Shown one piece after another: positions 1 to 9,894 of a stretch of 64,000 nt of DNA. The DNA is from Lachnospiraceae bacterium. Its GTDB lineage: Bacteria; Bacillota; Clostridia; Lachnospirales; Lachnospiraceae. The notes under the pieces are model-generated. The model was not told the origin of the DNA. It did no database searches and saw only the letters and a list, made by a program, of their open reading frames with translations. A program made the translations under genes and the position numbers. Where the stretch lies: contig JAILDL010000128.1 of assembly GCA_024689465.1 (NCBI GenBank), forward strand, positions 2,126 through 66,125. The letters run 5' to 3'. Position 1 is the first letter of the stretch. Each line of letters starts with the position of its first letter.

Positions 1-2
1 AT

Positions 3-206
3 TTTGCTTTACGATCCGTAAACGAGTCCGGTGAAGTACACGTTACGGGTATCACATTCTGGGGAACCGCAGATCACTATTCCTGGTTGCAGAGCCGTTC
101 CAATGTAGGAGGCGGCAATACCAACGGACTTCCCCAATGTCCGCTTTTGTTTGATGAGAAGTACGAACCGAAGCCTTGCTTCTGGGTGTTTGCCCAGGGG
201 AAGAAT
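3..206 (+). CDS. 3' end of glycoside hydrolase family 10 (endo-1,4-beta-xylanase) gene. The window starts inside the CDS.
   Basis: Frame-3 translation reads ...ITFWGTADHYSWLQSRS...GLPQCPLLFDEKYEPKPCFWVFAQGKN*. This matches the conserved GH10 C-terminal motifs (TFWG..D..SWL; LLFDxxYxPKPA). TAG stop at 204-206. Confidence 0.6.
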
Positions 207-229
207 TAGGATTTTTTCTGGAGGGAATT

Positions 230-3181
230 ATGAAGGGGTGGATGAAGAAAACCCTGATCACCGTAGCAGTGATCGTGGCTTTTGTATTGCTGTGTGTATT
301 ACTGAACCTGCGCGATACAGAGACGTTTCATGACAAATATGAAGGTGTGGATCTGACCAGGGACGTTACCGGTATGGAACGGACCGGCACCTACACCGGC
401 TATCTTCAGGCCCATGAAGGCGCAGCACTGTCTGCACAGGATGTGGTAGTGGATATCACAGACTTTACCGCTGAGGGTGAAGCCAGACTGGAAGCTTCCT
501 ATGAAGGAGAGCAGCAGGTGCTGGTAACCGAGACCGAGTCCAAGGTTACCTTTACCGTGGATGTTCCCAAGGCAGGTTTTTACAATCTTTATACCGAATA
601 TCTCATCCCTGAATCCAGGGGTGTTGCGGCAGAACGTGCCGTCTATATTAACGGAGAGCTTCCCTTTGATGATGCTCTCAACATTTCCTTTACGCGTATC
701 TGGACCGACGGCGGTCCAGTCAAAACCGATAACCAGGGCAACGAGATCCGTCCTACACAGGTGGAAGTATTTGACTGGCAGCATGCATATTTCTGCGACA
801 AGCTGGGATATGTAACAGAGCCTTATCGTTTTTATCTGGAACAGGGTAAGAACGAGGTGACGCTGGATGCCATCAATGAGCCCATGGCGATCAAATCCCT
901 TGTTTTTACAAGTATTTTTAAACTGGATTCCTACGCAGATTACAAGGCAAAACATAGCACATCCGCTGCACCGGAGGGATTTGTGCAGATCGTACAGGGG
1001 GAAGATTCCACCTATCGTTCCGAGTCTTCTCTGTATGCAAAGTATGATCGTTCTTCCCCTTCCACACAGCCGAATTCCGTGGCACACACCGTATTAAACT
1101 ACGTCGGCGGTGATGCATGGAGAACCAACGCCCAGTGGATCGAGTGGAATGTAGAAGTTCCCGAAGACGGTTTCTACAACCTGACCGTTAAGGGTCGTCA
1201 GAACTACAACCGCGGAAACGTAAGTAACCGTACCTTATATATTGATGGCGAGATACCCTTCGAGGAAGTAAGTGAGATCTCCTTTGGCTACAACAACGAC
1301 TGGGATCTGCTGACCCTGGCTGATGACGAAGGAACCCCTTACGATTTCTACCTGACCAAGGGCACCCATTCCGTTCGTCTGACCGCTTCCTTAGGCGGCC
1401 TTGGAAAGATTCTGGAAGATATGGAAGATTGCACCTTCCGCCTGAATCAGATCTACCGAAAAGTACTGGTCTACACCGGAGCAACACCGGATGTATACCG
1501 CGATTATCATATCGACACCACCTATCCGGAAGTACTGGAAGCCATGGATCTGGAATCCAAGCGTCTTTTTAAGCTGGTAGACGACATGGTGGATTATTCC
1601 GGACAGAAGGCAGACAACATCGCTACGGCACAGACGGTGGCACAGCAGTTGGAACGCTTCTGTGAAAAGCCCAACAAGATCACTACCGAGTTCGTAGCCT
1701 TCAAGGATAACATCACTGCACTGGGTACCGCATCTCTTAACCTGAGCCAGACCCGTCTGGATGTGGATTACATCGAAGTGACCGCCTCCGGTACCAAGCC
1801 GGTAAAGGATAAGGCCAACGGGTTCCAGAAGGTGGGACATGAGGTCAAGTCCTTTGTGGCTTCCTTCTTTGTAGATTACAATTCCGTCGGCGATGTATAC
1901 GACGAGGATTCCGATGACAAGGTCATCAAGGTATGGGTCCTGACCGGTCGTGATCAGGGTACCATCTTAAAGAGTATGGTGGACGATGACTTCACCATCA
2001 ATTCCGGCATTAAGGTCAACGTAGAGATCGTCGATCCTTCGGCTCTGTTAAATGCCGTACTGGCAGGCAGAGGTCCGAACGTGGTTTTATCCGTAGGATC
2101 CGACCAGCCGGTTAACTTTGCACTGCGTCACGCAGCAGAGGATATCACCCAGTTCCCGGACTGGCAGGAAGTGCTTTCCCATTATTCTGAAAGCTCCTAT
2201 GAACAGTACCGACTGGATGAGCATATTTACGCGATTCCCGAGACACAGACCTTTAACGTTATGTTCTATCGGGAAGACATCATGGAAGAACTGGATCTGG
2301 AGATCCCCCAGACCTGGAAAGAGCTCATTGAAGAGCTGCCCACCATTCAGGGCAACAACCTCTCCGTAGGGATTCCTACCGCAGCAGGTTCTTCTTCCAC
2401 GGCCACCGCGACCACGTCCATCATGAGTAACGTACCGGATCTGTCCATGTATTTCTCCTTACTGTTCCAGTACGGAGGAGACATGTACAACGAAGAGGGT
2501 ACAAAGACCCGCGTGGACGACGAAGCAGGTATCCGGGCGTTCGATGATTACGTAAGATACTTTAACGACTACGGTATTCCTACCGTTTACGATTTTGTCA
2601 GCCGTTTCCGTTCCGGTGAGATGCCCCTTGGTATCATGGCATACTCCACCTACAATACGCTGATGGTATCTGCTCCCGAGATCCGCGGTTTATGGGACTT
2701 CACCCTGATCCCCGGAACCGAGTATACCGCAGCCGACGGCTCCACCTACATTGACCGGTCCGATTTTATCGCCGGTTCCGCCACCATGATGATCGCCACC
2801 GACGATGAAGAGTTAAAGCAAAAGTCCTGGGAATTTATGAAATGGTGGGCAAAGCCTGAATCACAGGTTCGTTTCGGTCGTGAGATCGAGGCGCTGCTGG
2901 GCGCATCCGCTCGATACGCCACCGCTAACCGGGATGCCTTCTCCAACCTTTCCTGGAGTGCGGAAGACATCAAGGTCCTGAACGAGCAATGGGATCAGAC
3001 GGTGGGAATCCGTGAAGTACCCGGTGGTTACTACACCGGACGACATATTTCCAATGCAATTCGTAAGGTACTCAACGACAAGGATGACTCCCGTGAGACC
3101 ATCATCGATTACTCCATCAAGATCGATGAAGAGATCACCAAGAAACGTCGCGAGTTCGGATTACCGGTATATGGGGAATAA
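230..3181 (+). CDS. Membrane-anchored giant extracellular solute-binding protein. N-terminal TM helix, two tandem CBM-like (galactose-binding-like) modules, then a C-terminal ABC family-1 solute-binding domain.
   Basis: ORF 176-3181. The ATG at 230 (MKGWMKKTLITVAVIVAFVLL) has a GGAGGG RBS and avoids overlapping the upstream stop. An internal duplication is visible: VPKAGFYNLYTEYLIP...RAVYINGELPFDDALNISF...PYRFYLEQGKNEVTLDA versus VPEDGFYNLTVKGRQN...RTLYIDGEIPFEEVSEISF...PYDFYLTKGTHSVRLTA. The C-terminal ~450 aa (KVIKVWVLTGRDQG...) has an SBP_bac_1-like pattern. Confidence 0.75.
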   Translation: MKGWMKKTLITVAVIVAFVLLCVLLNLRDTETFHDKYEGVDLTRDVTGMERTGTYTGYLQAHEGAALSAQDVVVDITDFTAEGEARLEASYEGEQQVLVTETESKVTFTVDVPKAGFYNLYTEYLIPESRGVAAERAVYINGELPFDDALNISFTRIWTDGGPVKTDNQGNEIRPTQVEVFDWQHAYFCDKLGYVTEPYRFYLEQGKNEVTLDAINEPMAIKSLVFTSIFKLDSYADYKAKHSTSAAPEGFVQIVQGEDSTYRSESSLYAKYDRSSPSTQPNSVAHTVLNYVGGDAWRTNAQWIEWNVEVPEDGFYNLTVKGRQNYNRGNVSNRTLYIDGEIPFEEVSEISFGYNNDWDLLTLADDEGTPYDFYLTKGTHSVRLTASLGGLGKILEDMEDCTFRLNQIYRKVLVYTGATPDVYRDYHIDTTYPEVLEAMDLESKRLFKLVDDMVDYSGQKADNIATAQTVAQQLERFCEKPNKITTEFVAFKDNITALGTASLNLSQTRLDVDYIEVTASGTKPVKDKANGFQKVGHEVKSFVASFFVDYNSVGDVYDEDSDDKVIKVWVLTGRDQGTILKSMVDDDFTINSGIKVNVEIVDPSALLNAVLAGRGPNVVLSVGSDQPVNFALRHAAEDITQFPDWQEVLSHYSESSYEQYRLDEHIYAIPETQTFNVMFYREDIMEELDLEIPQTWKELIEELPTIQGNNLSVGIPTAAGSSSTATATTSIMSNVPDLSMYFSLLFQYGGDMYNEEGTKTRVDDEAGIRAFDDYVRYFNDYGIPTVYDFVSRFRSGEMPLGIMAYSTYNTLMVSAPEIRGLWDFTLIPGTEYTAADGSTYIDRSDFIAGSATMMIATDDEELKQKSWEFMKWWAKPESQVRFGREIEALLGASARYATANRDAFSNLSWSAEDIKVLNEQWDQTVGIREVPGGYYTGRHISNAIRKVLNDKDDSRETIIDYSIKIDEEITKKRREFGLPVYGE

Positions 3182-3187
3182 GCAGAT

Positions 3188-4126
3188 ATGAAAGAATTCT
3201 TTAGCAAGTATTTTCTAATGAGAAAGCTGCAGGCACAGGTTGCCTGGAAAAAGATGAAGCGGTCCAAGATGTGTTACCTCTTCCTGGCCCCCTACGCCAT
3301 CATCTTCACCATGTTTTTCGTATTCCCGGTGGTGGCTTCCATCTACTTCAGCTTTACCTATTACAACATTCTGGAGCCGCCCAGATTCCTGGGCCTTCAG
3401 AATTACATATCCCTGGTGCTGGAGGATGACATTTTCCTGACCAGTATCAAGAACACCTTCATGATCGCCATCATCACGGGACCCTTGGGCTACATCTTAT
3501 CCTTCCTGTTTGCATGGCTCATCAGCGAACTGCCCAGATGGGTACGTTCTGTAGCAGTCATCGTGTTCTACGCACCTTCCATTGCCGGTAACTGTTACGT
3601 GATCTTCTCCGTATTCTTCCGGGGAGACCGATACGGTTATGTAAATGCGTTTCTGATGAATCTGGGTATCATTGATGTGCCGATCCTGTGGTTCATCAAT
3701 CCTACCTACATGTTGCCCATCTGTATGCTGGTCATTCTGTGGATGAGCCTTGGTGCCGGATTCCTTTCCTTCGTGGCAGGTCTCCAGGGTATCGACAAAT
3801 CCCAGTATGAAGCAGGCTACATGGACGGCGTAAAGAACCGCTGGCAGGAGCTGTGGTTCATCACCCTGCCCAACATGAAGCCCATGCTGATGTTCGGTGC
3901 GATCATGAGTATCACCCAGGCCTTTTCGGTTTGCGAAGTGACCATGGCGCTGTGCGGATATCCTTCCACGGACTATGCGGCACGAACCATTGTAACCCAC
4001 TTGTTTGACTACGGTTTCACCCGATTCGAAATGGGATATGCATGCTCCATCTCCACGATCCTGTTTTTGATCATGTTCCTTTGCAATAAGGCAATTCAAA
4101 GTCTGCTGAGAAGAGTTGGTACCTGA
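3188..4126 (+). CDS. Carbohydrate ABC transporter permease (CUT1, MalF/LplB-like)
   Basis: 312 aa, 6 predicted TM helices, EAA loop EAGYMDGVKNRWQELWFITLP. Starts 7 nt after the upstream gene. Confidence 0.8.
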   Translation: MKEFFSKYFLMRKLQAQVAWKKMKRSKMCYLFLAPYAIIFTMFFVFPVVASIYFSFTYYNILEPPRFLGLQNYISLVLEDDIFLTSIKNTFMIAIITGPLGYILSFLFAWLISELPRWVRSVAVIVFYAPSIAGNCYVIFSVFFRGDRYGYVNAFLMNLGIIDVPILWFINPTYMLPICMLVILWMSLGAGFLSFVAGLQGIDKSQYEAGYMDGVKNRWQELWFITLPNMKPMLMFGAIMSITQAFSVCEVTMALCGYPSTDYAARTIVTHLFDYGFTRFEMGYACSISTILFLIMFLCNKAIQSLLRRVGT

Positions 4127-4128
4127 GA

Positions 4129-5028
4129 ATGAGCAAAAAGAAAAAACAAGAAGTTGTAAAAGAATATCACAAGCCGCTGATCAAGAGGAGAAAGCCCAAC
4201 CGCTCCATCGCAGGCGATATCGTATTGTATATTTTCCTGCTTTTGGTTGCCTTTGTCATGGCATTCCCCATCATCTATGCAGTGAGCAGTGCTTTAAAGC
4301 CTCTGGACGAGCTGTTTAAGTTCCCGCCCACGATCTTTCCGAAGAATCCCACACTGGATAACTTCTCGGATTTGTTCGTGACCATGGGAAAGAGCTGGGT
4401 TACCTTCTCCAGATACCTGTTTAATACCGTATTCATTACGGCGGCAGGTACGGCAGGCCATCTGATCATCGCTTCCATGGGTGCCTTTGTACTGGCAAAG
4501 TATGAGTTCCCCGGCGGACAGGGCTTTTTCAAGATCGTAACCATCGCCATGATGTTTACCGGTTATGTAACAGCGATCCCCAACTACCTGATCTTAAACA
4601 AGCTGGGCTGGATCGATACCTACTGGTCCATCATCATCCCTGCGTTTGCATCTCCCATGGGACTGTTCCTGATGAAGCAGTTTATGGAAGGACTTCCCAC
4701 CTCTCTGATCGAAGCAGCCAAGATTGACGGCGCCGATGAGTGGAGAGTATTCTGGAACATCGTAATGCCCAATGTGAAACCGGCATGGATGACACTGATC
4801 ATCTTCTCGGTACAGGGCTTATGGAATAACAAAGCAGCAACGTACATTTATTCCGAACAGAAGAAGACACTGGTTTATGCGCTGCAGCAGATCCAGGCCG
4901 GCGGTATCGCCAGAACCGGTCAGGGTGCAGCCGTACTGGTTGTTGTTATGATCGTACCGATCGCAATCTTTATATTCTCCGAGAGCCAGATCCTGGAAAC
5001 AATGGCCAGCTCCGGACTGAAGGATTAA
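4129..5028 (+). CDS. Carbohydrate ABC transporter permease (CUT1, MalG/LplC-like)
   Basis: 299 aa, EAA loop EAAKIDGADEWRVFWNIVMP. Translationally coupled to the upstream permease. Confidence 0.8.
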   Translation: MSKKKKQEVVKEYHKPLIKRRKPNRSIAGDIVLYIFLLLVAFVMAFPIIYAVSSALKPLDELFKFPPTIFPKNPTLDNFSDLFVTMGKSWVTFSRYLFNTVFITAAGTAGHLIIASMGAFVLAKYEFPGGQGFFKIVTIAMMFTGYVTAIPNYLILNKLGWIDTYWSIIIPAFASPMGLFLMKQFMEGLPTSLIEAAKIDGADEWRVFWNIVMPNVKPAWMTLIIFSVQGLWNNKAATYIYSEQKKTLVYALQQIQAGGIARTGQGAAVLVVVMIVPIAIFIFSESQILETMASSGLKD

Positions 5029-5039
5029 GGAGGAGAGGG

Positions 5040-6551
5040 ATGAAGCGGAGAGTAACCAGATTTCTCGCATCCCTGGGTGTAGTGGCGATGGTGCTTTTAG
5101 TACCCATGAGCGCTGCCGCACAGGAGAGAAGTTATACGTATATTTATGACTGGTGGGGCGATGTGCAGGATGCACCGGATTCCTATACCGTCAGCAGGGT
5201 ATTTACATCCACCGATCTTGGACTGGATGTAAACCTGAAGAGTCCTCAGGGCCTGACCGTTTGCGGAGAACGCCTTTTTATCGTAGACACCGGCAACAAC
5301 CGGATCATCGAGTTATCCAGGCCCACACCCCAGACCCTGCAGGTGGAGCGGATCATCGATTCCTTTAACGGAGGAAGCGGTCCCAATACCTTCAGCAATC
5401 CTCTGGACATCCAGGTTTCCGAGGACGGCAATCTGTTCATCTGTGATAACGGAAATGCCCGGATCGTGAAACTGGACAATGATCTGAACTTCCTGGAGGA
5501 GTTTACCAAGCCCAATGATAGTTCCCTGGATCCCGGACTGATCTTCCAGCCCACCAAGCTGGCTGTGGATACCGCCGAGCGTGTGTACTGTCTGGCTTCC
5601 GGTATCAACAAAGGTATGGTGAAGTATGAAGCGGACGGAGAATTCTCCGGTTTCGTGGGAGCAACGCCCGTTACCTACAACTTTATGGATTATCTGTGGA
5701 AGAAGTTCGCAACCCAGGAGCAGAGAGCCCAGATGCAGAACTTCGTACCTACACAGTACGATAACATCTACATGGATTACGAAGGCTTTATCTATGCGGT
5801 AACCGGAACACCGGATCAGCTGGATATCAAGAACGGATCCGCAGATGTGGTTCGTAAGTTAAACCTGATGGGCAGTGATATCTTAGTCCGCAACGGTGAG
5901 TGGTATATCATCGGCGACCTGTATATGGGTAACGGCGGCGGCTATGAAGGTGCTTCCTATTTTGCGGATGTTACCTGTTTTGATAATGACATTTATGTTT
6001 GCCTGGACCGTAACCGGGGACGTCTCTTCGGTTATGACGATCAGGGAAACATGGTATACGCCTTTGGCGGAAACGGAAACATGGACGGCTATTTCCGCAG
6101 ACCGGTAGCCATTGATCATATGGGGTATGACCTCTTTGTTCTGGATGAACTGGACTGTGCGGTAACCTTGTTTACCGTGACGGAATTCGGACAGCTGGTC
6201 TACCAGGCCATCGACGAATTTGACCTGGGAAATTATGAAGCTTCCGAAGCCTCCTGGAGACAGGTCATGGCGCTGGATGGTAACTATGATCTGGCATACA
6301 TCGGCATCGGCCGGGCGCTGCTCCGTCAGGAACAGTACCGGGAGGCCATGGATTACTTTGAAGTAAAATACGATGATGAAAACTACTCCAAGGCTTACAA
6401 GCAGTATCGTAAGCAGTGGGTGGAAGAGCACATCAAGGTGATCGTAGCCGTGATCCTGATCCTGGTGATCGTTCCTCTTATCATCGGTCGTTACAGAGCG
6501 ATCAAGGAAGAGTTTAAAACAGCGGAAGTATTCCGTTACTACAAGAAATAA
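5040..6551 (+). CDS. Secreted NHL-repeat (6-bladed beta-propeller-like) protein with signal peptide and C-terminal TM anchor
   Basis: 503 aa. N-terminal signal peptide (LASLGVVAMVLLVPMSAAAQE). Repeated D.GNNRI..L / CDNGNARIVKLD motifs typical of NHL repeats. C-terminal hydrophobic helix VIVAVILILVIVPLIIG followed by basic residues. GGAGAGGG RBS. Confidence 0.6.
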   Translation: MKRRVTRFLASLGVVAMVLLVPMSAAAQERSYTYIYDWWGDVQDAPDSYTVSRVFTSTDLGLDVNLKSPQGLTVCGERLFIVDTGNNRIIELSRPTPQTLQVERIIDSFNGGSGPNTFSNPLDIQVSEDGNLFICDNGNARIVKLDNDLNFLEEFTKPNDSSLDPGLIFQPTKLAVDTAERVYCLASGINKGMVKYEADGEFSGFVGATPVTYNFMDYLWKKFATQEQRAQMQNFVPTQYDNIYMDYEGFIYAVTGTPDQLDIKNGSADVVRKLNLMGSDILVRNGEWYIIGDLYMGNGGGYEGASYFADVTCFDNDIYVCLDRNRGRLFGYDDQGNMVYAFGGNGNMDGYFRRPVAIDHMGYDLFVLDELDCAVTLFTVTEFGQLVYQAIDEFDLGNYEASEASWRQVMALDGNYDLAYIGIGRALLRQEQYREAMDYFEVKYDDENYSKAYKQYRKQWVEEHIKVIVAVILILVIVPLIIGRYRAIKEEFKTAEVFRYYKK

Positions 6552-6575
6552 TCGGATTTTGTATGGGAGAGCGAC

Positions 6576-7232
6576 ATGCTTGAAGCATTAACCAATAAGG
6601 AAAAATGGAATGAATACTGGAGAAGCCTGAAGTTCTCCTTGTATTGTATGACCCATCCCATCGACGGGTACTGGGATCTGACGCATGAGAAGCGGGGAAC
6701 CATGGCAGCTGCCAATACCATCCTGTTTCTGACCGTGCTGATCCGGTTATTAAAACTTCGTTTTACCAGTTTTATCTTCATACAGGTGTACTGGGAGGAA
6801 CTGAACATCTTCCTGTATATTGCCAGTATCTTATTCCCGCTGGCCCTGTGGGTTGTGGGAAACTGGGGACTGACCACCTTGTTTGACGGCAAGGGAAGAC
6901 TGGGACAGGTTTACATGGCTACCTGTTATGCCTTGGTACCTTATCCGCTGATCCAGTTCCCGTTAATGATCTTCAGTAACTTTGTAACGGTAGACGAAGC
7001 GGAGTTTTATGCAGTGCTGTCTGCGATCTCCCTGATCTATGCGGCATGCCTGATCCTCTTTGCCATGGGACAGATCCATGAGTTCTCCTTTGGCAAGACC
7101 TTACTGTTTACCGTGTTTTCACTGTTTGCCATGCTGGTCATGGTATTTATCCTGATGCTTTTCTTCAGTATGATCTCGCAGGGTGTTGCTTATTTCATAT
7201 CCCTGGGAAAAGAACTTCTATTTAGAATGTAG
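6576..7232 (+). CDS. Yip1-domain integral membrane protein
   Basis: 218 aa, 5 hydrophobic helices. Architecture typical of the Yip1/YIP1-family proteins that PGAP annotates next to sugar ABC loci in Clostridia (recollection). Confidence 0.55.
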   Translation: MLEALTNKEKWNEYWRSLKFSLYCMTHPIDGYWDLTHEKRGTMAAANTILFLTVLIRLLKLRFTSFIFIQVYWEELNIFLYIASILFPLALWVVGNWGLTTLFDGKGRLGQVYMATCYALVPYPLIQFPLMIFSNFVTVDEAEFYAVLSAISLIYAACLILFAMGQIHEFSFGKTLLFTVFSLFAMLVMVFILMLFFSMISQGVAYFISLGKELLFRM

Positions 7233-7243
7233 TGGGAGAAGTT

Positions 7244-9856
7244 ATGAAACAAGACAAGACAACGACCAAAAAGGTTTTAACGGAACGACAGATCGAAAGA
7301 AGAAAAGCCATCACCGATACCTTAAAGAGTATGATCTTTCCGGTGATCCTGTTCGCCATCATAGCGGCCGCCATCTTCTTCGTTATCAATTATCAGAATG
7401 CGAATGTGGATGAAACAGTGATCCAGCCCAGAGCCTATGCAGGGGATGACAAGCCGGTGGTACTGGACAATGCGTATCTGACCCTTACCATGGATCCTAT
7501 GACCACCCAGTTTGAACTGCTGGTAAAGGAAACCGGCAAGGTATGGCGTTCCAATCCCGTAGGAGCAGATGACGATCCGCTGGCGCTGCCGGAAGAAAAG
7601 GATAAGCTGCAGTCTCCTCTGGTCATGTCCTTTAATACGGAGACCGGTCTGGAAACCACCTACAGTGCCTACCAGTATTCCGTAAAGAACGGCATCTATG
7701 AGATCACCACAGATGAGGATTCCATCCGGGTGGACTATTCCCTGGGTAATGTAGAGAAGGAATTTGTGATCCCTCCCGTTTGTACCGCTGAGAATTACCG
7801 GAAGTGGTGCGACCAGATGACCAAGGAAGGCATCAACGTTGTACAGCAGTATTACAAGAAATACGATATCAACAAATTAAAGAAGAAAGATAACAAGGAA
7901 GAACTCCTTGCCAATTATCCCATCCTGGAAACAGAGCCCATCTACGTGCTCCGTGATACCACCAAGGATAACGTAAAGAAGACGCTCCAGAAGTACTTTG
8001 AAGAAGCCGGATACACCTACGAGGATTATATGGCGGACAAAGAGCTGGATATGAGCGAGAAGTCTTCCGATAAGCCGATCTTTAATGTTTCCGTGATCTA
8101 TCGTCTGGACGGTGCGGACCTTGTGACCGAGGTTCCCATGCAGAGTCTGGAGTTTAAAGAGGATTATCCCATTTATACCTTAAGCGTCCTGCCTTACTTT
8201 GGCGCAGGCGGCACAGAGGATAAGGGATTCATGGTAGTGCCCGAAGGCGGCGGTGCCGTGATCAACTTCAACAACGGAAAGGTATCCCAGAACAGCTATT
8301 ATGCCAATATCTACGGCTGGGATATGTGTATCAGCCGTAAGGCAGTGGTACATAACACAAGAGCCTGCTACGAAGCCTTCGGTATTTCCGATCTGGAGAA
8401 CTCCTATGTATGTATCCTGGAGGACGGCAAGAGCTATGCAGCCGTTCGTGCGGATATCTCCGGAAAGAACAACAGCTATAACTTCACCAATGCGGTGTAC
8501 AGCATCTGCCAGAGAGAGCAGTACGACGTAGGAGATATTGCAAACTCCGATATCTACAAGTACAACACGGTCCTTCCGGATGAATCCCTTGTTCAGCGTT
8601 ATCGCTTCGTTGCTTCCGGAGACTATGTGGACATGGCAAAGAACTATGCCGATTATCTCCATGATCGCTATGGTTCCTATCTGGCGCTGAACGACGATAC
8701 CTCGGTTCCGGTTTCCATCGAAGTGGTGGGAGCAGTGGACAAGGTAAAGCAGATCATGGGTGTTCCCGTAAGACGTCCCCTTCCTCTTACCACCTATAAG
8801 GAAGCGGAAGAGCTGATCCGGGAGCTTCATGAGGATGGCATGACCAACCTGTCGGTAAAGTATACCGGCTGGTGCAACGGCGGTGTCAGCCAGCAGCTTC
8901 TTAAGAAGGCAAAGACCATTTCTTCTCTGGGAAGCAAAAAGGATCTGCAGCATCTGGCCGATACGGCGGATGAATTGGGCATCCATCTGTACTTAAACGG
9001 TGTGACCCAGTATGAATACGATTCCAACATCTTTGACGGCTTCTTCTCCTACAGAGATGCCGCAAAGCTGATCAGTAAAGAGAGAGCAAAGCTTTATCAG
9101 TACAGTGCCATCACCTATGCACAGAGAGAAGGAACCGATCCCTTCTATCTGCTGCACACGGATCTGGCGCAGAAGATGAGTGACAACCTGGTATCTGCTG
9201 CAAACAAGTACGGAGCAGGCGTCAGCTTCGAGGATGACGGAAAGGATCTTTCCGCAGACTATTACCGCAAGAAGCTGTATACCCGTGAGGATGTATTAAA
9301 GCTGCAGGAGCAGCGCTTCAAGGATATGTCCGATGCCGGCGTGGATATGATGATCAACATGGGTAACGATTATGCGGTTCCCTACGCGAACATGGTTACC
9401 AACATGGATATGAGAGGAAACGATTACACCATTCTGGATGAGTGCATTCCTTTCTATCAGCTGGCGGTTCACGGATACATTGAGTACACCGGCTTCCCCA
9501 TCAACGTATGCGGCAATGATATCCAGCAGCTCCTTTACAGTGCAGAGTACGGTGCCGGTCTTCAGTTCACCCTGATGAAGGAAACACCCTTCGCCCTGCA
9601 GAAGACCTTATATACTGAGTACTACGGTGCCGACTATGAAGCCTGGGGCGATCGGATGCTTGCCATGTACCAGCGTTACAATCAGGAACTTGGCCATGTG
9701 TTTAACCAGGAAATGACCGGGCATAAAAACTACAGCGATACCCTTTCCTGTACGATGTATGCCGACGGCACAAAGGTATATGTAAATTATGACTACGAGG
9801 ATGCAACGGCAGACGGCATCCTGATCCCTGCCAGAGATTATCTGGTACTTAGATAG
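7244..9856 (+). CDS. Large N-terminally membrane-anchored extracytoplasmic protein of unknown function (DUF5696-like)
   Basis: ORF 7232-9856. The ATG at 7244 (MKQDKTTTKK) has a GGGAGAAG RBS. Single N-terminal TM (IFPVILFAIIAAAIFFVI), then ~800 aa soluble. No recognisable catalytic motif by eye. Confidence 0.6.
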   Translation: MKQDKTTTKKVLTERQIERRKAITDTLKSMIFPVILFAIIAAAIFFVINYQNANVDETVIQPRAYAGDDKPVVLDNAYLTLTMDPMTTQFELLVKETGKVWRSNPVGADDDPLALPEEKDKLQSPLVMSFNTETGLETTYSAYQYSVKNGIYEITTDEDSIRVDYSLGNVEKEFVIPPVCTAENYRKWCDQMTKEGINVVQQYYKKYDINKLKKKDNKEELLANYPILETEPIYVLRDTTKDNVKKTLQKYFEEAGYTYEDYMADKELDMSEKSSDKPIFNVSVIYRLDGADLVTEVPMQSLEFKEDYPIYTLSVLPYFGAGGTEDKGFMVVPEGGGAVINFNNGKVSQNSYYANIYGWDMCISRKAVVHNTRACYEAFGISDLENSYVCILEDGKSYAAVRADISGKNNSYNFTNAVYSICQREQYDVGDIANSDIYKYNTVLPDESLVQRYRFVASGDYVDMAKNYADYLHDRYGSYLALNDDTSVPVSIEVVGAVDKVKQIMGVPVRRPLPLTTYKEAEELIRELHEDGMTNLSVKYTGWCNGGVSQQLLKKAKTISSLGSKKDLQHLADTADELGIHLYLNGVTQYEYDSNIFDGFFSYRDAAKLISKERAKLYQYSAITYAQREGTDPFYLLHTDLAQKMSDNLVSAANKYGAGVSFEDDGKDLSADYYRKKLYTREDVLKLQEQRFKDMSDAGVDMMINMGNDYAVPYANMVTNMDMRGNDYTILDECIPFYQLAVHGYIEYTGFPINVCGNDIQQLLYSAEYGAGLQFTLMKETPFALQKTLYTEYYGADYEAWGDRMLAMYQRYNQELGHVFNQEMTGHKNYSDTLSCTMYADGTKVYVNYDYEDATADGILIPARDYLVLR

Positions 9857-9894
9857 AAATGACCGGTGGTCATACGCAGAGAGGATTTGTTCCA

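Noticed and set aside
176-229. Upstream extension of the giant SBP ORF to the ATG at 176
   Set aside because: It would overlap the GH10 stop and lacks an RBS. The ATG at 230 has a GGAGGG RBS and starts a typical Lys-rich-then-TM N-terminus.
52-261. 69-aa minus-strand ORF at the window start
   Set aside because: It overlaps the GH10 C-terminal coding frame on the plus strand and the start of the next plus-strand gene. No support.
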